From: an uncultured archaeon
Lineage (GTDB): Archaea > Iainarchaeota > Iainarchaeia > Iainarchaeales > GCA-2688035
Assembly (NCBI GenBank): GCA_964640195.1
Contig: CAZXIC010000001.1
Span: 83,363 to 147,362 of the forward strand
Length of the DNA stretch: 64,000 nucleotides
Direction of reading: 5' to 3'
In this document: one piece after another, positions 15,152 through 25,098 of the stretch
Layout of the letters: the number at the start of each line of letters is the position of its first letter
Numbering within the stretch: position 1 is the stretch's first letter
Program-made: the position numbers and the translations under genes
Notes under the pieces: generated by a model
Databases searched by the model: none
Seen by the model: only the letters and a program-made list of their open reading frames with translations
Told to the model about the DNA's origin: nothing

Positions 15152-18052
15152 TTACTTCTCCAGTTCAACTGAAAAGCACCTTTCAACCAGCTTCTCCAAA
15201 GCTTGCTTTTTAACAACGCTCAAGACAGTGTTTGTGCTGTGCTCAATCTCCTTCCTGTGCTTTTGCAGGAAAGCGCTGTCGTCGCTCGCTATGAGCAGCT
15301 TCGCCCTCTGGGCTGGCAGCAATCTTGCCTGCTTCCTAAGTTGCTGCACTCTTCTCCTTAACTCCATCAGCTCCCATCGCTCCCTCCTATCGCTGCTGGC
15401 AGCTATGTCCAAAAACAGCTTTCTGCCCTCAAATTCCCTTGCAGCATAGTTTCCCTCAGGCTCTGCTGTTGCCTCCTTGACTTCCTCCACATTGCACATT
15501 TTTGCAAGAATGCCTCTTAATTTCCGCAGCTCCCTCCCTGTTTTGCTCTGCACAACCAGCTGCCTGAGGGGCCACCGCAGCCTCAGCTTCTGCTCCTCCC
15601 TCAGGGCAAGCACTGCCTGGGAGAGCTGCTTGCACAGCTGCATTTCAGACTCAAGCCCTGCGTCAATTGCCTTCTTGTCAGCTGCAGGCATCTGCAGCAG
15701 GTGCACTGACCGCGGCATTTTTGCGCTCCTCATACCCTGGTAAAGGTATTCAGCAAAATGCGGCGCTATTGGCGCAAGCAGCCGCAGGATAGCAAGCAGC
15801 GTAGTGCTGAGCGTTAGAGAAACAGCCCTTTCCGACTTTCCACCAACCCTGTCCCTTACCAGCTTTATGTATGTCCTGCTCAATTCTTCCAGAACAAAGG
15901 AATCCAATACAGAGCAGGCCTTGAAGAACTCACAACTGTTGTAATGGGAGAGAGCCTCTTGTAACATGGAATTGAGTTTGCTTAAAAGCCACCTGTCCTC
16001 AACCTGCAGCATTTTTGCATTTAGCCTCTTTCCATGGCTCAGCGGGAGGTACATGGCTGTGTAGTTGCAGCTGTTCCAAAGCGTGTTGAAAAACCTTTTT
16101 ATGTCCCTGAAAGCATCCCAGTCAAAGGCAATGTCCTGCCCCCTTGAGTTGCTTATAAGGTAAAAGCGGAGGCTGTCCCTGTCATGCTTAGCAACAACCT
16201 CTTTCGGCGTTACCGCACTGCCCCTGCTTTTGCTCATCTTCACCTTCTCCAAATCAGTTATGAGCCCGTGGACCATTATTGTTTCAAAAGGCTTTTTGCC
16301 AAAAGCAATTGTTGAGAGAATCAGCTGGCTATTCCACCAGCCCCTGAACTGGTCTGGCCCCTCCAGATTGAGGTCAGCCGGCCAGAAGCGCTTGAACAAT
16401 CTGTCTTTCCCGGGAAAGCCGAGGGCAGCCCAGCTGCTTACGCCGCTGTCAAACCAGACATCGAGCACTTCCGGCACCCTCTGCATTGTCCCACTGCAAC
16501 TGCACCTCAGTTTCACTGCATCAATGCCCGGCTTGTGCAGGTCAATCTTCTTGAGGCCTGACTGCCTTTTGAGCTCTGCCACAGAACCGATTACCATTAT
16601 CTTGCTGCAGCGCTCGCAGCGCCAGATTGGCAGCGGCGCCCCCCAATAGCGCGCCCTTGAAATAGGCCAGTCGCCCAACTGCTGCAGCCAGTCGCGCATC
16701 CTTTCCCGCATGAAAGCAGGCACCCAGTTTGTTTTTTCGTTGAATTCAAGCAGCTTTTTCTGTATGGCGGAAATCCTGAAGAACCACTGCCTAACTGAAA
16801 GCATCAGCAGAGGCGACTTGCACCTCCAGCATAGGGGGTAGTCGTGCGTGTAGGGGTGCTTGTAGACAAGCTCATTGCCGGCCTCAAGGTCTGCCACTAT
16901 CTCATTGTCAACCTCTCTTGCTTTCTTTCCGGCGTACTTTCCGGCTTCCAGGGTCATGGTTCCGTCAAGCCTGACAGGGCTTATTGCAGGCAGAGCTGCC
17001 TTGCTCCCTGCGTCAAAGTCTTCCTTGCCGTGCCCTGGTGCAGTGTGCACCAGGCCAGTGCCTTCCTCAAGGTTGACGTACCTCTCGCTCAGTATGACGC
17101 GGTAAGCGCCTTTCATTTCCGGCAAGCGCATGTGTAGTGCAAGCGGGTTCTTGTAGCGCATTCCCTCCAACTCTTTCCCCTTAACTGTTTTTTCAACTGT
17201 AAAGCCTGCCTCAATTGCGTCCATCAGTCCCTGCACTTTTTCACTTGCAATTATCCAGGTTTCATTGCTGCTAAAACGAACAAAACTGTAATTGAATTCA
17301 GGGTGAACCATTACTCCGGTATTGCCCGGCAATGTCCAGGGCGTTGTCGTCCAGACCACAAGGAATGTGTCCGGCTTGTCAGCGAGGGGAAACTTCACGT
17401 AAACGCTCAGGTCTGTCTGCTTTGCGTATTCAATTTCGTTGTATGCAACAGCAGTGGCACAGTGCGGGCATACATGCACAGGGTAAAGCCCCTCGTACAG
17501 GAGCCCCTTCTCATGGGCTTTCCTGAATGTCCACCAGATTGCCTCAATGTAATCGTCGCTAAGAGTGAGGTATGGCTTTTCCCAATCCATCCAGACGCCC
17601 AGGTCATTGAACTCTGCATTCATTACGCCGATGAACTGCGTTGCAAAGCGCTTGCACTCGGCAACAAACTTTGCAATGCTGTATCTTTCGATGTCCTGCT
17701 TGCCCTTGAAGCCCAGCTGCTGCTCAACCTTGTTTTCAATCGGCAATCCATGGGTGTCGTAGCCAGGCCTGTCAAAAACGCAGAAGCCCTGCATTCTCTT
17801 TGCCCTTATTGCAACATCTTTGAGAATCTTGTTCAGGGCAGTGCCCATGTGGATGTGCCCGGTAGCGTAAGGCGGACCATCCATGAAATAATAGGACTTC
17901 TTTTGCCTTGCGCTCTGCTTCCGCGCCTTCTCTGCAATGCGCAGCCTTTTCCAGAGGCGCTGCACCTCTTCCTCTTTCTCCCTGCTGTAGGGCTCAAGCA
18001 ACTTTCGTTTTTTCATTTTAACCTCTTTTCCCTGCTTCCCTCTTCCCGGCAT
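15152..18052 (-). CDS. ileS: Isoleucyl-tRNA synthetase
   Basis: DGPPYATGHIHMGT, WTTTPWTLPGN, GTGLVHTAPGHG, WPISRARYWG, KMSKS. Confidence 0.98.
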   Translation of the reverse strand: MPGRGKQGKEVKMKKRKLLEPYSREKEEEVQRLWKRLRIAEKARKQSARQKKSYYFMDGPPYATGHIHMGTALNKILKDVAIRAKRMQGFCVFDRPGYDTHGLPIENKVEQQLGFKGKQDIERYSIAKFVAECKRFATQFIGVMNAEFNDLGVWMDWEKPYLTLSDDYIEAIWWTFRKAHEKGLLYEGLYPVHVCPHCATAVAYNEIEYAKQTDLSVYVKFPLADKPDTFLVVWTTTPWTLPGNTGVMVHPEFNYSFVRFSSNETWIIASEKVQGLMDAIEAGFTVEKTVKGKELEGMRYKNPLALHMRLPEMKGAYRVILSERYVNLEEGTGLVHTAPGHGKEDFDAGSKAALPAISPVRLDGTMTLEAGKYAGKKAREVDNEIVADLEAGNELVYKHPYTHDYPLCWRCKSPLLMLSVRQWFFRISAIQKKLLEFNEKTNWVPAFMRERMRDWLQQLGDWPISRARYWGAPLPIWRCERCSKIMVIGSVAELKRQSGLKKIDLHKPGIDAVKLRCSCSGTMQRVPEVLDVWFDSGVSSWAALGFPGKDRLFKRFWPADLNLEGPDQFRGWWNSQLILSTIAFGKKPFETIMVHGLITDLEKVKMSKSRGSAVTPKEVVAKHDRDSLRFYLISNSRGQDIAFDWDAFRDIKRFFNTLWNSCNYTAMYLPLSHGKRLNAKMLQVEDRWLLSKLNSMLQEALSHYNSCEFFKACSVLDSFVLEELSRTYIKLVRDRVGGKSERAVSLTLSTTLLAILRLLAPIAPHFAEYLYQGMRSAKMPRSVHLLQMPAADKKAIDAGLESEMQLCKQLSQAVLALREEQKLRLRWPLRQLVVQSKTGRELRKLRGILAKMCNVEEVKEATAEPEGNYAAREFEGRKLFLDIAASSDRRERWELMELRRRVQQLRKQARLLPAQRAKLLIASDDSAFLQKHRKEIEHSTNTVLSVVKKQALEKLVERCFSVELEK

Positions 18053-18077
18053 TTTTTAATCACTGAATTGCCTCAAG

Positions 18078-18094
18078 TGGGCCCGGGAGGATTC
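18078..18094 (-). repeat. Duplicated 3' end of tRNA-Ile (att-like)
   Basis: TGGGCCCGGGAGGATTC identical to 18162-18178. Confidence 0.85.
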
Positions 18095-18161
18095 AAAACG
18101 CCACTGCGTAGGCGTGGTCGCCCGCGTCCAAATCCCAGAACATGGATTCTTCGAATCCATT

Positions 18162-18234
18162 TGGGCCCGGGAGGATTCGAACCCCCGACCTACGGCGTAT
18201 AAGACCGGCGCTCTAGCCACTGAGCTACGGGCCC
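18162..18234 (-). tRNA. tRNA-Ile (anticodon UAU), intronless, CCA not encoded
   Basis: GGGCCCG TA GCTC AGTGGCTA GAGC G CCGGT CTTATAC GCCGT AGGTC GGGGG TTCGAAT CCTCC CGGGCCC A folds into a full cloverleaf; C4-G69, U12-A23 and A73 fit Ile identity. Confidence 0.9.
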
Positions 18235-18360
18235 AAGCCTGCACATCCGGCTGTAAATCAAGAGAATTAGATTTGGAATTGTTTAAGTATTTAATCAATC
18301 TGGCAGAATCAGTTTCAATCCAGTATCCGTGAATCGCCTTTTGCTGTTTCCATGCTGGCA

Positions 18361-18714
18361 TCACTTGGCTGCTATCTCCTTCTCGCTGAGGTTGTTTTCC
18401 TTGTTAACAGAGGCAATCTCTTCCTCTGCTTCTTCCAGCTTGCCGTACCTCCCGATATTCAGCCTAACGCTGTTTTTGAAGGTAGTGCTGTAGCCGTTTG
18501 AAATCTTGTATGTTTTGCCCTCCTTCACCGAGTCTATTGCATCGTCCCACAACGTTAGCAGAATGCAGCCGCTGTCGTCGCCAACAAGCGCTTCCGCTAC
18601 TTTGTGCGTTGAGTTGTCCAGCCTTGCGGTAACCTCCCTGGGCTCGCCTTTGCTCTCAACCCTCACAGTAACGTCAATCTTTTTCCCGTAAGGCGTTATT
18701 TCGCTGACCTTCAT
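18361..18714 (-). CDS. ssb: Single OB-fold single-stranded DNA-binding protein
   Basis: KVAEALVGDDSGCILLTLWD...RLNIGRYGKLE. Confidence 0.9.
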   Translation of the reverse strand: MKVSEITPYGKKIDVTVRVESKGEPREVTARLDNSTHKVAEALVGDDSGCILLTLWDDAIDSVKEGKTYKISNGYSTTFKNSVRLNIGRYGKLEEAEEEIASVNKENNLSEKEIAAK

Positions 18715-18826
18715 TTGAAATCCATTGATTTTAGCTGGAATTCTTTTTTAAAGCTAATGTTTTCAATGCACAGCTGTAGATAAAAATAACAAAAAAGAAG
18801 GAAAAAAGGGTTTTTGCTTCCCTTTT

Positions 18827-19576
18827 TTACTTTATTGTCTTTCTCACGTCGGCTGTTAGCTTTTTTATGTCTTCCTTGAAGTTGACTCCAACGCTGATTC
18901 CGAGGACAATCGCTATGACTATTGCAAATGCCCAGATGAACGGTCCGATGAACAGCTCAAGGTACCTTGCCAGGACTGCCATGTAGTTTTCGCCGATTAT
19001 CATTGTCAGGGCAAGAACTCCGCTGAACAACACTATGATGCTCTCTGCCAGTACGGATGCCACTTTTTTCATCTTGTGCTGTGTTATCTCAATCGCGTTC
19101 TTTGCATACCTGCCAAGCAGCAAGCCGCCAACGAAGACAACTATGCCCCCAAGAACCTTCGGCACGTAGATAACCAACTGCATCAGGAATTCCTTCAATG
19201 CCTCCAGTTGGATGGTCTGAGTTGCCTGCGCCAGGAACAGCACAATGATGTACCACTTTACCAGGCTTCCTGCCAATGCGCTGATTTCCTTGCCGCCTAT
19301 TGCAGCAGCAAGGTTTTGCTCGTCTATCCACTGGTCAACCCTTGTGCTCTGCAGCAGCTTGATTACTATCTGCTTTACGATTTTTCCGATAATCCATCCA
19401 ATGAGGATTATTATTGCTGCGCCGATCAGTGAAAGCAGAACATTCAATGTCTGCTGGCTGATCAGCGTTCCAGCTGCTGCTTGCAATCCACCGACTGTTT
19501 CAGCAAATACGTCGGCCATTTGTTGAATCACCAGATAGGAAAAAGTCTTCTCTGTTTTTAAATCTTCTGGAACCAT
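18827..19576 (-). CDS. Mechanosensitive-channel TM-helix repeat (CmpX-like) membrane protein
   Basis: AIIILIGWIIGKIVK and YVPKVLGGIVVFVGG repeats. Confidence 0.8.
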   Translation of the reverse strand: MVPEDLKTEKTFSYLVIQQMADVFAETVGGLQAAAGTLISQQTLNVLLSLIGAAIIILIGWIIGKIVKQIVIKLLQSTRVDQWIDEQNLAAAIGGKEISALAGSLVKWYIIVLFLAQATQTIQLEALKEFLMQLVIYVPKVLGGIVVFVGGLLLGRYAKNAIEITQHKMKKVASVLAESIIVLFSGVLALTMIIGENYMAVLARYLELFIGPFIWAFAIVIAIVLGISVGVNFKEDIKKLTADVRKTIK

Positions 19577-20088
19577 TCGTTGATTGCCAAATGCAAATCG
19601 TTGATTGTTGAATTATTCTCGATAGTGTAGTCAGCTGCCGCAATAACTTTGCGCAGTTCGAATTCGCGCAAATCGTGCCTGTCCCTGGCGAAAAACATTC
19701 CCCTGCTCTGCGCGTCCAGTTTGCTTCGCCGCGCAAACCTTTTTTCAGCGCCTGCCTTCACAGCAACCAGGAAAAGCCTGCCGCAGTTTTTCCTGAAGAA
19801 CCGCACCTCGGCAATTGCATGAATGCCAGTAAAAACAACCCTCTGCCAATTGTTTTTCAGGGCTTTCCGAAGGACGCGCCTCGCAAGGACATCATCGCCG
19901 TGCTTTTTCCGCAGCTCTTCGGCAAGCAGGCTCCTGCCCATCTTCCTGTCCTGCTTTCCCCTCTTTCGCAGCTCTTCCGCAAGAACCTCGCTCAGGGCAA
20001 GCTTGCGGAAGCCGTGCTCCTTAACCAGAAAGTCAGCGGCAGTGTCCTTACCGCTTCTCGCCAGGCCGGTGAAAGCGATTGCGAGCAA
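19558..20088 (-). CDS. P-loop NMP/dephospho-CoA kinase-like protein (UPF0200-like)
   Basis: FTGLARSGKDT Walker A; ADYTIENNS. Confidence 0.85.
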   Translation of the reverse strand: MLAIAFTGLARSGKDTAADFLVKEHGFRKLALSEVLAEELRKRGKQDRKMGRSLLAEELRKKHGDDVLARRVLRKALKNNWQRVVFTGIHAIAEVRFFRKNCGRLFLVAVKAGAEKRFARRSKLDAQSRGMFFARDRHDLREFELRKVIAAADYTIENNSTINDLHLAINEWFQKI

Positions 20089-20203
20089 CTTGAATCGGAT
20101 AAAATGAGGGTGAAAAATAATTTAAAAAGAAACAGAAGCGGCAAAAACCACTGCAAAAGGCAGGAACTTTTATATGAAAAAAGAAAAAGAAAGGGGGAGA
20201 GAA

Positions 20204-21871
20204 TTACATCCCCATTCCGCCGGGGGGCATTCCGCCCATTCCAGGGGGTGGCATGCCGCCCATTCCGCCCTTCTCCTTGCTGCTTCCTGCAATGATGTCG
20301 TCAATGCGCAGAATCATTTCCGCAACCTCTGTTCCTGAGGTGATTGCCTGGGTTTTCACTGACACAGGCTCTATCACATTCAGAGACCTCATGTCGCCCA
20401 GCTTGCTTTTTAGGACATCAACGCCGATGTGCTTCCCTGATTTTTCCATGTGCTTGCTCCGCAGGCTAACCAATGTATCCAGGGGATTCATTCCGGCAGT
20501 TTCAGCCAAGGTTCTTGGGATTTCCTCCAAGGTATCGGAAAATGCCTCGATTGCAAGCTGCTCCCTCCCACCGATTGTCTTTGCGTAGTCGCGCAGCTGC
20601 ATTGCAACCTCAACCTCTATGCTGCCTCCCCCTGAAACAACCTTGCCGTCCTTTACTGCAGTGGCAACGCACATCAGGGCGTCGTGCACTGCCCTCTCTG
20701 CTTCGTCAACAACGTGCTCAGAGCCGCCCCTTACAAGCAGGCTGACTGATTTCGGGTTCTTGCAGCCCTCGATGAAGACCATTTCGTCGCCTGCAATCTT
20801 CCTCTCCTCAGCCAGCTTTGCCTTCCCAAGGTCATTGGCTGTCAGGTCGTCAAGCCTTGAAACTATCTTTCCGCCTGTCGCTCTAACCAAAGCGTCCATG
20901 TCTGATTTCTTGACGCGCCTCACGGCAGCAATGCCCTGCTTTGCAAGGAAGTGCTGGGCCAGGTCATCAATTCCCTTCTGGCATACCACAAGGTTTGCCC
21001 CTGATTTACGTATCTGCTCAACCATTTTCCTGAGCATCGCTTCCTCCTGATCAAGGAAAGCCTGCATCTGGTCAGGTGATGTGATTTCAATCTTTGCATC
21101 TGTTTCAGTGCTCTTCACCTCAAGCGCGGCATCAACCAAAGCGATTTTCGCATTCGCTATCTTCTTCGGCATCCCGCCGTGCACGATCTCCTTGTCGACA
21201 ACAATGCCCTTGATGAGCTTGCTTTCGGAAAGCGAAGCCCCCTGCTTCTTTTCAACCTTGACATTGTCTATGTCAATTGAAACCTTCCCTGCTTCCTCGT
21301 CCGCAACCATTGTTATTGCGTCCACAACCAGGTCAGCCAATTCTTCAGCGCTTTCGCTGGCCTTGCCGGTCATTGAGGTCAGGGCAATGTTCTGCAGCAC
21401 CTTCTTGTCCTTGAAGCTGACATCCTCTGCGCCCTTGTCCAGGATTTCCTTGGCTTTCTTTGCAGCCAGCCTGTAGCCCTTGATTATTATGCTTGGGTGG
21501 ATGTCGTCCTCAATAAGGTCCTCTGCCCTCTTGAGCAGGCTGCCTGCAATGACTACCGCAGTTGTTGTCCCATCGCCGACTTCATCGTCCTGGGTCTTTG
21601 CCACCTCGACCATCATCTTCCCTGCGGGATGGTCAATGCTCATCTCGTCCAGGATTGTTGCGCCGTCGTTGCTTATTGTCACATCCCCAAGTTCGTCAAC
21701 AATCATCTTGTCCATTCCCTTCGGTCCGAGGGTGGACTTCACTGCGTTTGCAACCGCCTTTGCGATGAGGATGTTTATCCTCTGCGCGTCCTTCCCCCTT
21801 GTTCTCTTCGTTCCCTCAGTGAGGAAAACAACCGGTTGCTGTTGTGCTGCTTCAGCCATAAAACACACCAC
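20204..21871 (-). CDS. thsA: Thermosome (group II chaperonin) subunit
   Basis: [29 protein letters not shown]-rich tail. Confidence 0.98.
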   Translation of the reverse strand: MVCFMAEAAQQQPVVFLTEGTKRTRGKDAQRINILIAKAVANAVKSTLGPKGMDKMIVDELGDVTISNDGATILDEMSIDHPAGKMMVEVAKTQDDEVGDGTTTAVVIAGSLLKRAEDLIEDDIHPSIIIKGYRLAAKKAKEILDKGAEDVSFKDKKVLQNIALTSMTGKASESAEELADLVVDAITMVADEEAGKVSIDIDNVKVEKKQGASLSESKLIKGIVVDKEIVHGGMPKKIANAKIALVDAALEVKSTETDAKIEITSPDQMQAFLDQEEAMLRKMVEQIRKSGANLVVCQKGIDDLAQHFLAKQGIAAVRRVKKSDMDALVRATGGKIVSRLDDLTANDLGKAKLAEERKIAGDEMVFIEGCKNPKSVSLLVRGGSEHVVDEAERAVHDALMCVATAVKDGKVVSGGGSIEVEVAMQLRDYAKTIGGREQLAIEAFSDTLEEIPRTLAETAGMNPLDTLVSLRSKHMEKSGKHIGVDVLKSKLGDMRSLNVIEPVSVKTQAITSGTEVAEMILRIDDIIAGSSKEKGGMGGMPPPGMGGMPPGGMGM

Positions 21872-21981
21872 ACTCCTTTGCTTTTTATTTTATGCGATTC
21901 TCACCAAAACTTGCTTCAGATGGCTAAAAACAAGAAAACTGTATGAAAAAAATGGTGGATATAAATGTTTAAAAAGCTTTG

Positions 21982-22758
21982 CTATGTATTCCGTTTTCTG
22001 CGCGCGGCAGGGGCATTGTACCAGGGGCAGCTGTGGTGCCCTTTGCCTGCTGAGTGAAGGTACAGCATTGGTACGCCTGCTGCCTCTGCGATTGGCTGTT
22101 GTATAATTGGATTGCTGAAGGAGAAAAATATCTGGCCTGGGCGCAATCCGATGATTTTTCTGAGGAAGAATATCTCCACTTCAACGTAGATTCTCGCTAT
22201 TTCTTCAGGATAGATTCCGCTCTTGACAAACCTAGAGTGTTTTCTCGCCGCTTCATTGAGTTCGTTGAAAGCTTCCTGGTTATTTATGACCGAAGCTGCT
22301 TTAATTCTGCTTTCCTTGTCTGTATAATCATCCAGGCTCGCTGCTCCCAGCAACTCGCTTAGCCTGGTTAGGCTTAGGCCTCTTTCCCTAACCAAGGGAG
22401 ATAAAACGGAATAGTACTGCCTGGTTTCCGCAGGGCTCCTGCCATTAACCAAAATGTGATGCACATCGCAGAACAGCAGCGAAACCTGCACTGGCAGCGC
22501 ATTCTTCCTCAGTTCGCTTTGCATTTCAGCAATGAATCCCAGGCTTTTCTTGTCTGCCTCATCTCCTGCAATGCCTTCTTTCGAACCGCCCCACAGACCC
22601 GTAAACCGGAGCGTGGTATTGTTGAGGAGAGATTCTCTTATGCTGCCCTCTATTTCCCCGGATTTTGTTGGGAGCACCCTTGAAAACCTAGGCGATGACA
22701 AGGAGTGGCAGACCTGCTTTGCAATCACCAGTTGTTTCGCATATTCTGCTATTTCCAT
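21982..22758 (-). CDS. Uncharacterised class I aaRS-like Rossmann-fold enzyme (distant PvcA/Dit1- or CDPS-like), copy A
   Basis: GLWGGSK...EADKKSL..., [13 protein letters not shown]...YY, AARKHS...EEIARIY, C-terminal CPWY. Confidence 0.5.
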   Translation of the reverse strand: MEIAEYAKQLVIAKQVCHSLSSPRFSRVLPTKSGEIEGSIRESLLNNTTLRFTGLWGGSKEGIAGDEADKKSLGFIAEMQSELRKNALPVQVSLLFCDVHHILVNGRSPAETRQYYSVLSPLVRERGLSLTRLSELLGAASLDDYTDKESRIKAASVINNQEAFNELNEAARKHSRFVKSGIYPEEIARIYVEVEIFFLRKIIGLRPGQIFFSFSNPIIQQPIAEAAGVPMLYLHSAGKGHHSCPWYNAPAARRKRNT

Positions 22759-22845
22759 AGTATTTATTGGGCGGCTGAGGGTATTTCATAGTTTGTTGTA
22801 TAAAAATAGACAACTTTATATATTGAAGCCCCCAAAAATAAGATT

Positions 22846-23553
22846 ATGGAGATTGACAGGCTGACCACACTGGGGCTTACAAAAAGGGAAGCCAGGGCTT
22901 ACTTGGCACTGCTAAGACTTGAGGAAGCGAAAGCAGGGGAGGTTGCCGAGCATACTAAAGAGGATAGGACGAATGTATATGATTCGCTTAAGAGCCTTGC
23001 CAAGAAGGGGCTGGTAAGCAAGGTGATAAGAAACAACAGGACGTATTACAGGATTGCCCCTCCTAAAAAACTGAGGGATTACCTGGTTGAGAAGGAAAAG
23101 GCCCTGAACCAGATTCTGCCAGAGCTAAATGCCCTCTACAGTTCTTATGAGCCGAAGCCTGTGATAGAGGTGTACGAGGGAACGGAAGGCATCAAGACTG
23201 TCTTTAACGACATTTTGAAGGAAGGAAAAAATTTTGTTGGATTCGGGGCAACTGACAGGGCCCATACCCTGCTCCCAGAATTTACCAGAATGTATCTGAG
23301 GGACAGGGAGAGAAAGAATATCAGGGCGCGCCAGTTCTATCCTGAGGGCAGCAAGGTCCTTGAATCAAAGCTTTCAACATTCAAAACAATCCCGAAAGAG
23401 TTTTCAGGACCTGCAACTACCCTGATTTACGGAGAAAAGGTCGCGATATTCATGTGGTTCATAGAACCGCCGGTCGTTGTTTTAATCAAAAACAAAGAGG
23501 CGGCAAGAGCCTACAGGAACCAGTTTGAATTCATGTGGAAGATGGTCAAATAA
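22846..23553 (+). CDS. TrmB-family transcriptional regulator, copy A
   Basis: LGLTKREARAYLALL...RTNVYDSLKSLAKKGLV; IEVYEG; FEFMWK. Confidence 0.9.
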   Translation: MEIDRLTTLGLTKREARAYLALLRLEEAKAGEVAEHTKEDRTNVYDSLKSLAKKGLVSKVIRNNRTYYRIAPPKKLRDYLVEKEKALNQILPELNALYSSYEPKPVIEVYEGTEGIKTVFNDILKEGKNFVGFGATDRAHTLLPEFTRMYLRDRERKNIRARQFYPEGSKVLESKLSTFKTIPKEFSGPATTLIYGEKVAIFMWFIEPPVVVLIKNKEAARAYRNQFEFMWKMVK

Positions 23554-23621
23554 TGGTTGCTTGGGTACGAGTATTTCCAACGCGTCAGTTGATTAAAGCC
23601 GATTATGAATAAAATAAGCCC

Positions 23622-23810
23622 TCAGAAAATAAACAGCTCGTCAATCGTTGTCTTTAGCGCCTTGGCTACGTCGTGTGCGAGCTTAAGCGAGGGGTTGTAC
23701 TTTCCTTTTTCAAGGAAGACTATTGTTTCCCGCCTGACTCCTGCCTTTTTTGCAAGGTCTTCCTGCGTGAGGTTATAACGAGCCCTCAGCTCCTTTATCC
23801 TGTTGCGCAT
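23622..23810 (-). CDS. XRE-family HTH regulator, copy A
   Basis: [45 protein letters not shown]. Confidence 0.95.
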   Translation of the reverse strand: MRNRIKELRARYNLTQEDLAKKAGVRRETIVFLEKGKYNPSLKLAHDVAKALKTTIDELFIF

Positions 23811-23819
23811 TTAAGGCAC

Positions 23820-24236
23820 CTACTCAACCCTGCCTTTGTCCCTGAAGTAAAGGGCAAGCAGCACGAAAACAATGCCTGGCACAAGGACTACTGCCGCAGC
23901 ATAATGGTGTGCCTGCAGCACAATGCCGTATTCTCCCTCCACGAAGGCGCTTGCAAACATCATTCCTACTGCAGTCCATATTCCAACCAGGAAAGCGTAG
24001 TAGCCTGCCTTGTGCGCTGCCCTTTTGCTCATCTCATCTTCAGCAGGCAAGCCAGCCTTTATGCTCTTTGCCCTGTCCCAGACGAACTTCATTGAAATCA
24101 GGGCAAGCACGACTGCAACTGTCGGAATGAGCAGTTCCCCCAAAGACTCCTTGCCTGAAAGCAGGAACCACATGGCAGCAGTTACAATAACGGCTGCCGC
24201 GATTATCGCACCCATCAGAACCTTGAACTTGTCCAC
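23820..24236 (-). CDS. DUF2178-like 4-TM membrane protein, copy A
   Basis: GLPAEDEMSKRAAHKAGYYAF; upstream of XRE HTH as is typical. Confidence 0.8.
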   Translation of the reverse strand: MDKFKVLMGAIIAAAVIVTAAMWFLLSGKESLGELLIPTVAVVLALISMKFVWDRAKSIKAGLPAEDEMSKRAAHKAGYYAFLVGIWTAVGMMFASAFVEGEYGIVLQAHHYAAAVVLVPGIVFVLLALYFRDKGRVE

Positions 24237-24270
24237 AAATAACCCCTCCAGTTATCTTGTTCAAACATTA

Positions 24271-24309
24271 TGTTAGAAAACAATAACATTATGTTATATT
24301 TATATAACA
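24271..24309. promoter_or_regulatory. Tandem TGTTA-N8-TAACA operators of the DUF2178/XRE operon
   Basis: Palindromes at 24271-24288 and 24292-24309, conserved at 29153-29191. Confidence 0.75.
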
Positions 24310-24353
24310 TGTTGTATATAAAGCTTTTGGTTCTCCTCAGTAAAAATTGGTGG

Positions 24354-24394
24354 TTGTATCCCTTATGCGAGCTATAACCTTTCAATGTTTAAAA
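24354..24394. repeat. Bipartite direct repeat TTGTATCCCTTATGC-N10-CTTTCAATGTTTAAAA, copy 1
   Basis: Both blocks identical at 25003-25043. Confidence 0.85.
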
Positions 24395-24414
24395 GCCTTT
24401 GGTTGTTGTGGGCC

Positions 24415-24681
24415 TTAAAAGAATTTCTTGTACCATTTTTGGTATTGCTTGTGGTTCCCTGCAAAGTGAATTGTTCGCTTTTTCCCTTCTTCTTTGAAGC
24501 ATATCCTGTACTGCCCGGCTTCCACAACACAGTAGGGCAGTCCTTTTTTCATGTGCCTGGCTTTTGTAAGGGCTTTTAGCTGTTGAATTTTTTTCCAAAT
24601 CCGTAGCTGTTCGGTTTTGTCCATTTTTGAGTAGTAAATATCCCAATCGTCAACATAGTCTAGCTCGAACAAGCAAATCAC
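24415..24681 (-). CDS. RelE/ParE-family toxin
   Basis: RIWKKIQQLK...GQYRICF...IHFAGNHKQY; overlaps the antitoxin stop. Confidence 0.8.
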   Translation of the reverse strand: MICLFELDYVDDWDIYYSKMDKTEQLRIWKKIQQLKALTKARHMKKGLPYCVVEAGQYRICFKEEGKKRTIHFAGNHKQYQKWYKKFF

Positions 24682-24953
24682 TTGAAGCCGTATTTTTTCT
24701 TTACCTGTTCTTCAGTCCAGACTTTGCGCTTCCCCTGCTTTATTTCGTTGTCAATTTGTATCATTTTGCGCACGACTAGCTCGTCTTCAAGTTCTTGGAA
24801 GTTTTTGAAAACATTAAATTCCTTGCCCAATTCCAAGATTCCGGACCTTATGACCTCGCTTTTTGTCTTGAAAAGACCGCCTTTTGTTAGCTTTTCAATA
24901 ACAAGTTCCTGCGCTGGCTCTAACCTGACCAAAGTTTCACCCATAAAAAACAC
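24678..24953 (-). CDS. Ribbon-helix-helix antitoxin
   Basis: IEKLTKGGLFKTKSEVIRSGI; EEQVKKKYG tail. Confidence 0.8.
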   Translation of the reverse strand: MFFMGETLVRLEPAQELVIEKLTKGGLFKTKSEVIRSGILELGKEFNVFKNFQELEDELVVRKMIQIDNEIKQGKRKVWTEEQVKKKYGFK

Positions 24954-25002
24954 CTATCAAATTGATATACAAAAAATTATATAAATATATGCAATCGGCC
25001 TT

Positions 25003-25043
25003 TTGTATCCCTTATGCCTGTCATCGGCTTTCAATGTTTAAAA
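25003..25043. repeat. Bipartite direct repeat, copy 2
   Basis: Matches 24354-24394; partial third copy near 25877-25892. Confidence 0.85.
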
Positions 25044-25098
25044 CCTTTAACCGTTGTAAGTTTTTAAACCCTGGCAGCGGGCAAATCCGCTTCAAAGA

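Noticed and set aside
18056..18364. 102-aa minus-strand ORF
   Set aside because: Runs through the tRNA gene and its promoter; no protein features.
24261..24320. dif/Xer site (TTATGTTA resemblance)
   Set aside because: Geometry is TGTTA-N8-TAACA twice in a promoter, copied with the XRE operon; it fits an operator, not an 11-6-11 dif site.
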